64,000 bases of DNA from Saprospiraceae bacterium (GTDB lineage Bacteria; Bacteroidota; Bacteroidia; Chitinophagales; Saprospiraceae): the NCBI GenBank assembly GCA_016710625.1, contig JADJVK010000054.1:65040-129039 (forward strand), written 5' to 3'. Of this stretch, positions 10,804 to 21,160 are shown piece after piece; within the stretch, counting starts at the first letter, position 1, and every line of letters starts with the position of its first letter. The notes under the pieces were generated by a model. It worked only from the letters and a program-made list of their open reading frames with translations, was not told the DNA's origin and did not search any database. The translations under genes and the position numbers were made by a program.

Positions 10804-13188
10804 ATGAGAGTATTTTTTACAATTTTTATGACATTCATTTTTGTACAATTATTTGCACAAAATTATAATTTAGTACAAAGATCATCTGTTAAATACCCTG
10901 GTCAAGTACTTGCCAATGTTTGGACTTATGCTGCTAATGGAAGAGAATATGCTTTAGTTGGAGCTTCCAAAGGAATGAGTATAGTGGATGTGACCAACCC
11001 AGACCAACCCAAAGAAATCAAACAACTTTTGGATGGAATTGATAATAGTTGGAGAGAAATTAAAACATATAAAAACTTTGCCTATATCACTACTGAAGGT
11101 GGTGGAGGTTTAGCAATTGCTGACTTATCTAAATTACCAGATACAATAATTCCATTTCATAAATATACAGGAGACAAAGAAATAATTGGAAAGTTGGGTA
11201 GGATACATGCTTTGCATGTAGATACTACAAAAGGGTTTGTATATTGTTATGGTACGACTGGAGTTGCCAATGGTGGTGCAGTGATTTTAGATTTAAATCA
11301 AGATCCATTCAATCCAACTTATGCTGGGGAATACAACGTGAATTATATCCACGACGGATATGTCGATAATGACACTTTATATGGCTCTCATATCTATCAA
11401 GGCTATTTTTCAGTGATAGATTGTAAGGACAAAAAGAATCCAAAAGTACTTCAAACCACTTTGACGCCTACTAAATTTACTCATAATACTTGGTTGGATA
11501 ATAGTAAAAAATACTGCTTTTCAACGGATGAAAACAGTGGCTCTTACTTAGGATCATTTGATATTTCAGATTTGGATAATATCACCTTACTGGATAAAAT
11601 CCAACCTACTCCGGGTTCAGGATCCATAGTGCATAATACATATATTAGAGGTGATTTTGCAATAACCTCTTGGTATAAAGATGGTTTTACAATAACTGAC
11701 ATTTCTCGTCCTCAAAATTTAATCCAAGTTGGTCATTTTGATTTATATCCTCAAGGTTCTGGAAATGGCTTTGAAGGGACTTGGGGTGTTGCTCCTTATT
11801 TGCCATCAGGTACGATAATTTGTTCGAATATCAGAGAAACCATCAATAATCAGAATGCTGGTGTGATGTATGTAATGACTCCAAATTATGTAAAAGCAGC
11901 ATATTTAGAAGGGAAAGTAACTGAAAAAGGAAAAGGTACACCTATTAATGATGTGAAAGTGACAATTGCTGGAGGTGATCCATTATCTGATGGTTTGACA
12001 GATTTGTCTGGTAATTACAAAACTGGTCAATATTCTGTTGGCAAATTTGATGTTACATTTACAAAACAAGGCTTTGGACCAAAAACAGTCAATGTGGAGT
12101 TGAAAAGGGGAGAAGTGGTAATATTAAATGTGGAATTGGAATCTTTAGGTGCTATCACTTTAAATACTGCTGAGAAAATAAATAACAACCCTTTACCAAA
12201 AGGAAAGTTTTTATTTAAAAATGCAACTGCTACTTATAATGGAGAAACAGATGCAGCAGGTTATTTGAAAATAGATGCTTTTGCAGAAGGTGACTATGAA
12301 GTGATTGTTGGAGCTTGGGGATATGATTATTATTATAATCCAAAATTAACTATTAAAAATGGAGATGCTCTGAATTTCAAATTAGATAAAAAATATAGAG
12401 ACGATTTTGTTTTTGATTACAATTGGTCAGTTTCTGGAACAGCGCCAAGAGGTATTTGGGTGAGAGATGTACCAGTAGGAACTATATATCAAAATAGCCA
12501 GATCAATACTGGAAATGATGTAGCTAACGATTTAGGAGATAAATGTTTTATTACTGGTAATGGTGGTGGAAATCCGCAAGATGATGATGTGGATGATGGA
12601 GAGACAATTATAACGAGTTCAGCTATGGATTTAACTACTTATACTGACCCATCTGTGAACTATAGTACTTGGTTTTTTGATGGCGGACCTTTCCAAAATC
12701 CAAATGATTCATTGATAATTTCGATTTCTAATGGTTCTCAAGTTGTTAATTTAGAAGTGATTACAAAATCTGAAAGCAAATGGAAAGCAAAATCTTCAAT
12801 AAAATTGAAAGGATTACTTCCATTAACAAATAACATGAAAATAATCGTAAAAACTGCTGATATAAATCCTGGACAATGGGTGGAAGCAGCTTTTGATGAA
12901 TTTTCTATTACGGAAGGTTCAGTTGCGAATTTTGATTTAGAAAATTTTGTTTTTTCTGTTGCACCCAATCCATCCATCAACTATTTTTCAGTAAGATATA
13001 ATGTAGGAATGATGCATCAACCAACGCTGAATATCAGTGCAATAGATGGAAGAATAATGCAAAATATTCGTTTAGAAAAATCGAGTAATGAACTAAATTT
13101 CGGGGAGAATTTACCAGCTGGAATTTATTTTATTAGTCTTCAAGACCAACAAAATATTATAAAAACAGTAAAAGTTGTAAAAAAATAA
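10804..13188 (+). CDS. T9SS-secreted protein, paralog of 5739..7682, with an extended middle region and a type-A C-terminal sorting domain
   Basis: 794 aa, with a signal peptide. N-terminal domain aligns with 5739..7682, including the identical block ITLLDKIQPTPGSGSIVHNTYI. C-terminal APNPS...GIYFISL...KTVKVVKK. Confidence 0.7.
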   Translation: MRVFFTIFMTFIFVQLFAQNYNLVQRSSVKYPGQVLANVWTYAANGREYALVGASKGMSIVDVTNPDQPKEIKQLLDGIDNSWREIKTYKNFAYITTEGGGGLAIADLSKLPDTIIPFHKYTGDKEIIGKLGRIHALHVDTTKGFVYCYGTTGVANGGAVILDLNQDPFNPTYAGEYNVNYIHDGYVDNDTLYGSHIYQGYFSVIDCKDKKNPKVLQTTLTPTKFTHNTWLDNSKKYCFSTDENSGSYLGSFDISDLDNITLLDKIQPTPGSGSIVHNTYIRGDFAITSWYKDGFTITDISRPQNLIQVGHFDLYPQGSGNGFEGTWGVAPYLPSGTIICSNIRETINNQNAGVMYVMTPNYVKAAYLEGKVTEKGKGTPINDVKVTIAGGDPLSDGLTDLSGNYKTGQYSVGKFDVTFTKQGFGPKTVNVELKRGEVVILNVELESLGAITLNTAEKINNNPLPKGKFLFKNATATYNGETDAAGYLKIDAFAEGDYEVIVGAWGYDYYYNPKLTIKNGDALNFKLDKKYRDDFVFDYNWSVSGTAPRGIWVRDVPVGTIYQNSQINTGNDVANDLGDKCFITGNGGGNPQDDDVDDGETIITSSAMDLTTYTDPSVNYSTWFFDGGPFQNPNDSLIISISNGSQVVNLEVITKSESKWKAKSSIKLKGLLPLTNNMKIIVKTADINPGQWVEAAFDEFSITEGSVANFDLENFVFSVAPNPSINYFSVRYNVGMMHQPTLNISAIDGRIMQNIRLEKSSNELNFGENLPAGIYFISLQDQQNIIKTVKVVKK

Positions 13189-13189
13189 T

Positions 13190-13459
13190 ATGGACAAATC
13201 ATCAATTTATATGATCATTATAGGTGCCTTGGCTGGATATGTGGCAGGGAATCTATACAAAGGTGAAAACTATGGTTTACTTGGAAATATTGTAATTGGT
13301 GTGATTGGTAGTGTGGTTGGTGGATATATTTTCAGATTATTGAATGTGAAATTAGAAGCTGGTTTTATTGGCTCTTTAGTAACTGCGACAGTGGGTGCCA
13401 TCGTTGCATTATGGCTGATTCAAAAAATAAGTGGTGGAAGTAGAAGAGTTCGTCGTTAA
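13190..13459 (+). CDS. GlsB/YeaQ/YmgE family stress-response membrane protein (transglycosylase-associated)
   Basis: 89 aa, with Gly-rich transmembrane helices IGALAGYVAGNL...IGVIGSVVGGYIF. Confidence 0.75.
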   Translation: MDKSSIYMIIIGALAGYVAGNLYKGENYGLLGNIVIGVIGSVVGGYIFRLLNVKLEAGFIGSLVTATVGAIVALWLIQKISGGSRRVRR

Positions 13460-13563
13460 TCTAAATAATGCTTGATTTAATAGCTTTTATTTCTTGTTTT
13501 ATATTTGTAATTGAACTATTACAAACCTAAAAACAGTTAACTCTAAAAACTAAAATAAATTTT

Positions 13564-14124
13564 ATGGAATATTTCGAATCAATATTTGGTGCAGGCACCT
13601 ATTCTAGTTTACTGATTATACTCAATTTAATACTAATTGAAAGCTTATTATCTGTTGATAATGCGGCAGTATTGGCGACAATGGTAAGGAATTTACCAGA
13701 AGAACAGCAAAAGAAAGCATTGAGAATAGGATTGATTTTAGCCTATATATTCAGAGGAACTTGTTTGATATTAGCTGCTTGGTTAATAAAAATTGCTTGG
13801 CTAAAACTGGCTGGTGGCTTGTATTTAGTGTATTTATGTCTGCATTATTATTACAAGAAATATGTAAAACACAAAGAATTTAAAGAAGAAATCGAGGAAG
13901 AAATCCACGATGTAGAAGCAGTTACTCATTTGCCAATCGAAAAGAAGAATGTGCTTGGATTGAATAAATTTTGGTCAACTGTGTTGATGGTAGAGATAAT
14001 GGATTTAACCTTTTCGTTAGACAATGTTTTCGCTGCAGTTGCATTTACTGATAATATTTATTTGATTTGTACTGGTGTTTTCATTGGTATCAACAATGCG
14101 AATTGTTGCAGGATATTTTTGTGA
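13564..14124 (+). CDS. TerC family integral membrane protein; the 3' end is corrupted or truncated where the gene runs into the purine-rich tract
   Basis: Both SVDNAAVLA and SLDNVFAAVAF TerC motifs are present. The expected C-terminus can still be read in shifted frames at 14090-14215 (STMRIVAGYFCETE / MTKFPFLDEKLFFLFGFFRIKIRLSYF) before the sequence degenerates. Confidence 0.65.
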   Translation: MEYFESIFGAGTYSSLLIILNLILIESLLSVDNAAVLATMVRNLPEEQQKKALRIGLILAYIFRGTCLILAAWLIKIAWLKLAGGLYLVYLCLHYYYKKYVKHKEFKEEIEEEIHDVEAVTHLPIEKKNVLGLNKFWSTVLMVEIMDLTFSLDNVFAAVAFTDNIYLICTGVFIGINNANCCRIFL

Positions 14125-14215
14125 AACTGAATGACGAAATTTCCATTTTTGGATGAGAAATTGTTTTTCTTGTTTGGGTTTTTTAGGATCAAAATTAGGC
14201 TATCTTATTTTGTTT

Positions 14216-16100
14216 CGGGGGGGTTGGGTAAATATGCCCCCTTTTGTGGAATAAGACAACAGACCAGACAGTTTTTTCGGTTGAAGGAGGCATCTTTTTT
14301 TTCCCATCCATTCTATCATCGCGTATTTATTTTTCACGAGGGGGGGAGAGGAGAATTATGTGGGGTAGTGGGGGTTTTTATTAGAATGGTAGGTTATTTA
14401 ATTGTTGTAGCATTTCATGAGGGTAGAGGTAGAAATTTATTTAATTAATTGTTTTAGTAGAACAGCAAATATACAAAGTTAGTTTACAAATTACAAAAAA
14501 ACAAATATTTAAATTGGGAAAATTGGGAGTAGGGAGAATAGAGAGAAAAAAGGGATTTAAAAATAAAAGAAAAAATAAAAGATAACATAATTGGCAAGAA
14601 AAAATAATAAAAAAAAAAAAAAAAGTCCACTGGGGGGAAGGGTTTTGGGGGAAAAAAAAAAAGAGAAAAAATGGGGAGAGGGAAAAGAGGGTAGAAAAAA
14701 AAAAAGAAAAAAGAAAAAAAAAGAAAAAAGAAGAAAAAAAGGGAAAAAAAAAGGAAGATAGAGAAAAAAAAAGAAAAAAAAAAAAAAAAAGTTAAAAAAA
14801 AGAAAATAAGGAAAAGGGGTGAAAAATAAATTTTGAATATTTTTATGGGAGTTAAAATGGGGGGGCAACACGGTGGTGAAAAGTTTTTTTAAAAAGAGAA
14901 AAAAAAAAACAAAAAAAAGGGGTGGGAGACAATTGGGGAAAGTGAAGGGGCGGCGCGTGAAAGTTGGTGGGGGGGGGAGAAAAGAGTAAAGAGTAGAAAA
15001 GGAGAAGGGGAGGGGGGTGATAACAAATTTGGGGAAAAGTAAAAGTATTTTTTTGGGGAGATTTAAAAAAAAAAAAAGGAGGGGAAGAAAAGAAAAAAAA
15101 AAAGGGGGGGGGGGGAGAGGAGGGGGGAAAAAGGAGGGAGAAACGGAGTGTTAGGGGGGGGGGAACCAAAAAAAAAAAATAGGAAAGGAAAAAGAAAAAA
15201 AGGAAGGAGGGAAAAAAAAAGAAAAAAAAAAAAGAAAAAAAAAAAAAAAAAAAGTAATTTTTGGGGAAGGAGGAGGAAAAAAAGAAAAAAGGGGAAAAAG
15301 AAGAAAAAGGAAGAAAAAAGAAAAATTTGATTTTGAGAAAAGTGTGGGAATGTGTGAAAAAAAGGTGGCGAGGGGCAAGGAAAAAAAAGATTTGGGGGGG
15401 GGGAGGAGAAAAAAGAAAAAAAATTTTAGGGGAAGGGAAGGAGAAAAAAGAAAAAGGGAAAAAAAAGGAAAGGAGGGAAAAAAAGAAAAAAAAAATGAGG
15501 GGGGGGAAAAAGAAGGAAAGAGGGGGGGAAAAAAAGGAGAGTTTACAGAAAAAGAAAAAGGGAAAAAGAGGGGGAGGAAAAGTGAGGGGGGGTTGTTTGG
15601 GGGGAAAGGGGGGGGGGGAGCCGATTTGGAAATTTTTGAGAAAGTGTTTGCGTAAAAGGAAAAAAGGGAAAGAGGGCAGAGGAAAAAGTTGTGTATTGGG
15701 GTGGGGGAAAAGGGGGAGGGAGGTGGAGGGGGGGGGGGTTTCAGGGAGGGGGAGAGAAGGGGAAAGCAGGGGGGTGGGGGAGGAAAAGAAACGAATTGGG
15801 AGGGAGAGTAAGGGGGGGGGGAGAGGGGGGGGGGAAGGGAAAGGGAGGGGGGTAGGGAAAAAGGGGGGGGAAAGGAAAAAGTTGGAAGAGGGGGAAAAAA
15901 AAAAGTAGGGGGACGGGGTGGAGAGGGAGGGAGAAAGGAAAAAAAGAGGGAGAGGAAAAAAAGTTAAGGGGGAAAAGTTAAAGAAAAAAAAAAAAAAAAA
16001 AAAGGAAGGTTAAAGGGGGGGTTATTGGAGGGGGGGAAAAAAAGGGAAAAAAAAATGGGGAAGGAAAAAAAAGGGGGGGGACTGGCTGGCAGGAAAAAAG
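14216..16100. other. anomalous low-complexity tract: G-rich degenerate sequence at 14.2-14.5 kb, then about 1.6 kb of almost pure purine (G/A) on the + strand. Probably an assembly or basecalling artefact; no credible genes.
   Basis: Direct reading shows long runs such as aaaaaaaaaaaaaaaaa and gggggggggg and virtually no T or C from about 14560 to 16080. Every six-frame ORF here is K/E/G/R-rich on + or F/P/S/L-rich on -. Confidence 0.8.
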
Positions 16101-16101
16101 A

Positions 16102-16485
16102 ATGTTGAGGAAAGTTCATTCCACTTTGGGTAACGGTTTTCAGGAAGTAATATATCAAAGAGCTTTAGCCATTGAAATGAGAATAGCCAATTTAAGTTTT
16201 TCTAGAGAACTTGAAATGCAAATTTTCTATAATGGAGAGGATATTGGTACAAGAAGGGTTGATTTTTTGGTGGAAAATGAAGTGTTGGTAGAGCTTAAAT
16301 CGCTAGTAGCCTTAGAAGATGTCCATTTAGCACAAGGATTAAATTATTTGGTAGCATACAAATTAGAAAAAGGCTTGTTGATAAACTTCGGAGCTAAAAG
16401 TTTAGAAATAAAAAGATTACGACATCCACTCAATAAAATGCCCAACACGATTCCGAGTAGACAATCCGGAAATCCTAAAATCTAA
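16102..16485 (+). CDS. GxxExxY family protein, 5' end truncated by the anomalous tract
   Basis: 127 aa. GFQEVIY matches the GxxExxY motif, and DFLVENEVLVELKS gives the family-typical spacing. The N-terminus starts abruptly at the edge of the junk tract. Confidence 0.55.
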   Translation: MLRKVHSTLGNGFQEVIYQRALAIEMRIANLSFSRELEMQIFYNGEDIGTRRVDFLVENEVLVELKSLVALEDVHLAQGLNYLVAYKLEKGLLINFGAKSLEIKRLRHPLNKMPNTIPSRQSGNPKI

Positions 16486-16592
16486 TAAATCCAAATGCAG
16501 ACAAAAATTGAGAAAGGAAATAACAAGTATATTATTATCTATTTACAAATATGAATTGTATATTTATTAAATATATTGAAACTAAATAATCA

Positions 16593-17177
16593 ATGAAAAA
16601 AAATGTCCTATTTATAATATTGTTATACCAAACATTTATAATTAATAGTCAAACCCCACAACATGTATGGGATTCATTGATTAGTAATTACGAACGAAGA
16701 TACAATATGGAATTGACAAAACGTGATACACTACTCATTGATGAATATATTTCAAAATCTAATTCTGATAATTCTACATTTTTTGATTCAATTTTAGTTA
16801 GTAACTTATACAGTGAACAATTTAAAAAAGTATTTGCTATAAGAATAATTGACCAAAATATTTTATTCAATAAAATAATAAAATCATTATCATTCAACCG
16901 TCCTTTTTCTGAAAATAACATTTACAGTTCAGAAAATAACCCAATTTATGATGCAATTATTTTAAATGAAGTAAACATTTCGAAAATCTCCAATTTTATC
17001 CTTAAAGAGAACTATTTAGATAATTGTGATTTTTTAAATATGAAAAGTAAGTTAGAGATTAGGAGATTATCCAATATTTTAAAAGAATACTTAAGTCAGG
17101 TTAAAGTAAATAAGCATACAAATAATAAATGTAAAAATAAGAATTTGAGCATTTTGAAAAATATAAACCCATTTTAA
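16593..17177 (+). CDS. hypothetical secreted protein (N/K-rich)
   Basis: 194 aa. Signal peptide MKKNVLFIILLYQTFIINSQ. It sits in AT-rich local context and I recognise no family. Confidence 0.4.
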   Translation: MKKNVLFIILLYQTFIINSQTPQHVWDSLISNYERRYNMELTKRDTLLIDEYISKSNSDNSTFFDSILVSNLYSEQFKKVFAIRIIDQNILFNKIIKSLSFNRPFSENNIYSSENNPIYDAIILNEVNISKISNFILKENYLDNCDFLNMKSKLEIRRLSNILKEYLSQVKVNKHTNNKCKNKNLSILKNINPF

Positions 17178-17340
17178 ACAGCCTTACACTTCCACTCTTC
17201 ATTTTAGGTATCTTATTTGCATTATATATTTCATAATTTTTATATTTTATTAATATTTGAATTTAATTTGTTGTAATTCAGTATTTTATAATATAAATAT
17301 TAGTTGTAAAGCAATTTATTATTGTTTTAAATTAACTATT

Positions 17341-20300
17341 ATGAAAGCAATTCTAACCTTTTTTGTATTATTTTTTTCAGTGAATTTATTTTCTCAAAAT
17401 TCCTATTTAGCTTATGAATCATTTGATGGATCAGCTGGATCTGCTCTAAATAGTGGTTCCAATGGTCAAGGATGGGGATCGACTTGGGAAGTACAAAATG
17501 GTGTTATCGCTGGTTATCTTTTTGATAATAACAGCTTGACTTACAATAATCTAAAGACAAATGGAAATAAACTTTCTGGAGGATATCAATATGTAACTTC
17601 TGGAAGAAATTTAGATTATCAAGATGGAGGAGATTTTGATGATTACGTAACAGGTGGTGATGCTATTGGTAGTACTGCTGGAACGACCCTTTGGGTTAGT
17701 GTTTTATTGAACAAACTTTCTAATAATAATGAGCCCATTTTTTTAGATTTACATAATGGAAATTTGAGCTGGTGCAACAATTGTACTACCAATAAAATTG
17801 GATTTGGCTACTTCGGTACTGCTTCAAATGTAAATAGTGATAAAAGATGGTCCATCAGGATTGGGAATACAGTTTATAATTCCTCAGTTTCTTGTGCAGT
17901 TAATTCCGCTACATTATTGGTACTGAAAATTACTTTTGGAGCCAACAAAACAGATTTTGATCTTTATGTGAACCCTACAACTATTGGAAATTCAGGAACG
18001 CCAGCTACCACATCCTTATCTCAATCTACTTCAGAACTAATAAGAATCAAATCACTAGCCCTATATTTAGGTGATAATGCGAATAATGGTTATGCTGATG
18101 AAATCAGGTTTGCTAAAACTTATGCAATTGCTACAGCAGATCAAAATGTAGCTATCAATTTGCCACCCATTGCTCGATTTTCATATTCTCCTATTTCTGG
18201 TCAGGCACCTGTAACTGTATCAGTAGATGCTTCCTCATCAACGGATCCGGAAGGAAATCCATTGACATATTCTTGGAATTGGGGGGATGGAACGCCCAAC
18301 TCAACCAATCCAGTAACAACACATACCTATGCCCCAAATATTACTGGATTGATTACCATTGAACTAACTGTAAAAGACAATTTTAATTTAAAGAATTTTA
18401 CCAACAAAACAATACCTATTTATTTGCCGGGTACTAATTATTTCCCATGCCAAAGCTCCGCAACTTCGTTGAGTGAAGCTACATGTAGCCAGAATAATGG
18501 GAAAGTTAGAATCAATGCAGGAATTGCATTGAATCCTACCTATTCGTTTAAAAATGGTAGTGGAATTGATATGCCATTGATCAATGGAAATGAATTTCAG
18601 AATTTAGCTGCTGGAAAATACAATGTAACAGTAACAGGTTCAAATAGTTGTAAAGATATTTTTACATTGACAATGACGACTGATTCTTCTACTTGTCCAG
18701 GATGGTCGCCCAATATGTGTAAAATGGCAATTGGAGTGAATGTAAATGGCTTATCTGACTGGAACTGGGAACATGCTTTTGTGAATCGTTACAAACATGT
18801 CAGAGAAGATTTAACAACTTTTCACGATGGATGTAATTGCTGGGATTCTAACGTTAGTAGCCAAATTAAAGTAGATGAAAATGGCTACCCAATAGGATTG
18901 CCACAAATAACAACTGCATCTAATGCAACAAAAGTTCGGTTTATAATTTCTGCTGATGCAGGAAATCTGAAACCCAACGAACAATATGTATTTTTATATG
19001 ATGGCATCGGGACTTTCACATTGAATGGAGCAGATATTGTGAGTAACACAAAAGGTAGGATGTTGTTTAATGTGCCAGCCACATCTGGAAACATTTGGTT
19101 GGATGTATCTTATTCGCAGCCAGATGATTATATTAAGAAATTTTCGATTGTTGAAAGCATCTGAAGAATTTATTGACTTAAGTACGAATACTTTTAATAC
19201 GACATTTTTGAGTCGATTATCTCCATTCAAAACTATCAGATTTATGGATTGGGGATCTACAAATGGGAATAAATTGACCAAATGGGAAGATAGAAAATTA
19301 CCAACCCATAGAACATATTCAGGGTCGAAAGGCGTTCCATATGAAATGATGATTCAATTAGCAAACAAAATCCAGAAAGATGTTTGGGTTTGTGTTCCTC
19401 ATTTAGCAGATAGTAATTTTGTAGTTGAAATGGCAAAATTATTTAAAAATAATTTGAACCCAAATTTGAAATTATATCTGGAATATAGCAATGAAGTATG
19501 GAATTGGCAATTTGAACAAGCCCAATACAACAACTTAAATCGTCCTTTGAATATCAATTATGGTAGAGCTTATGGAGAAAAATCTAAACAATTATTCAAA
19601 ATATGGCAATCTGTTTATGGAGCTGAGATGAATAGAGTAGTGAGGGTAGTCGGACTGCAAGGAGGTTATAATTATCTGAATGAGCAAATTATGTCTCAAT
19701 TAGCTGATAATGATTGGGATATGGCATCTTTGAGTTACTATTTTGGGTTGGACCATTCTGCTTCTGGAAATCCAGTTTTAAATGCAAGTTCAACAGGAGA
19801 AGATGTGAATAGAAATGCAAGAAATTTATTTTTTGGAACAGGAAATTGGTGGAATAATGTTAAACAAGATTATAGAACTATAAAAATGTTTGGAAAAGCG
19901 ATATCAAGTTATGAAGGTGGACCACATTATACTGATTTTCAAACACATCCGTATCAGCATGCTATGTATGATGCTCAATATTTGCAAAGTATGTATAGAA
20001 TGTATGATGATGTGTTGGATTCTATAAGAGCAATGGGTAATCAATTGGCAATGTCATTCACCTTATCTGGCGTACAAGAAAGTGTGTATGGATCTTGGGG
20101 ACATCTTCCAGATATTTATATGAATCCACCATACAAAACAACTGCTCCAAAATATCAAGCAGTTTTAGATAATTCTTGCTTGACTTTCAATGACTTATAT
20201 CATGGGCAACCACTGGAATTTTATGCACCAAATGTGGTTGCAAAACCAGGGGATACGGTATGTTTAGAAGTGAAAGTGAAAGATTTTATCAATATAACAA

Positions 20301-21160
20301 GTGGTCAATTAACAATGTCATTTGATACAAGTGTAATGAAATACTTGTCCATTAAGCCTGGAAATATTTTAGGTGTTTCTACTGGAACATTTGGGACAGT
20401 TCCTAGTTTGGTGAATAGAGGAAAAATTACAATGGCTTACGATGCTCCAGCTGGAAGTTTACCGGATGGTATCACTACTTATGATGGTGCTATTTTTTGT
20501 AGAATTTGTTTTAAGGTAAATAATTATGTGGCACAAGGAAAATTTTCCCCAATTGCTTTTGACGGTTCATTAACAAATATCTTTTTTGAAAACAAAGGCG
20601 GAAAAGTAGATTTTAAAAATACTGATGGTAAAGTATTGATAGATAGTAAATTGAGTGTCAATGAAAATCTTATTTTTGAGGTTCAACTAAAAGATAAAAA
20701 CAATGCTGAATTAAGTTGGCTCAATCTTTATGCTAAAAATGCATTTGGATTTGTGGTAGAAAAAAGTAATGATGGCGTAAATTTTACTGCAATTTCATTT
20801 GTTGAAGCCAATAAAACAAATAGTAATATCTACAATTTTATAGATAGTAATTTGAGAAATGGGCAATATTATTATAAGATAAAAATGATTCTTCAAGATC
20901 AATCTTATAATTATACTGAGGTAAAAAGCATCAATGTTTATCAAGATAACGAAATCGTAATTATCCCAAATCCAGTTTTAAATGAATTTAGTGTACAAAT
21001 TGAAAATAAATTACAACCATTTGAAATTTGTAATCAACTAGGTCAAGTAGTGAAATCTGGTGAGTTTATTCCGTCTGTAATCAATGTAAGTGATTTGATT
21101 TCAGGATTTTATTATCTAAAAATCAATGGTTCAACGACGAAATTTATAAAAGTCGATTAA
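17341..21160 (+). CDS. large T9SS-secreted multidomain protein (PKD domain, possible glycoside-hydrolase-like TIM-barrel region, cohesin-like domain, type-A CTD), split by a frameshift at about 19070-19164
   Basis: ORF 17257..19164 has its signal peptide at the M at 17341 and a PKD motif (PVTVSVDASSSTDPEGNPLTYSWNWGDGTP). ORF 19070..21160 overlaps it in frame +1 and ends IIPNPVLNEFSV...GFYYLKINGSTTKFIKVD. Confidence 0.6.

Noticed and set aside
14131-14448. 105-aa ORF MTKFPFLDEKLFFLFGFF... called as a separate gene.
   Set aside because: Its first roughly 35 residues are the frame-shifted continuation of the TerC C-terminus. The rest (GGRGELCGVVGVF...) is read-through into degenerate G-rich sequence.
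14557-16158. Seven six-frame ORFs of 60-215 aa inside the purine tract: K/E/G/R-rich on the + strand, F/P/S/L-rich on the - strand.
   Set aside because: These are purely compositional. A/G-only DNA cannot encode TAA, TAG or TGA on either strand, so any frame stays open. There is no start context, no domain and no complexity.
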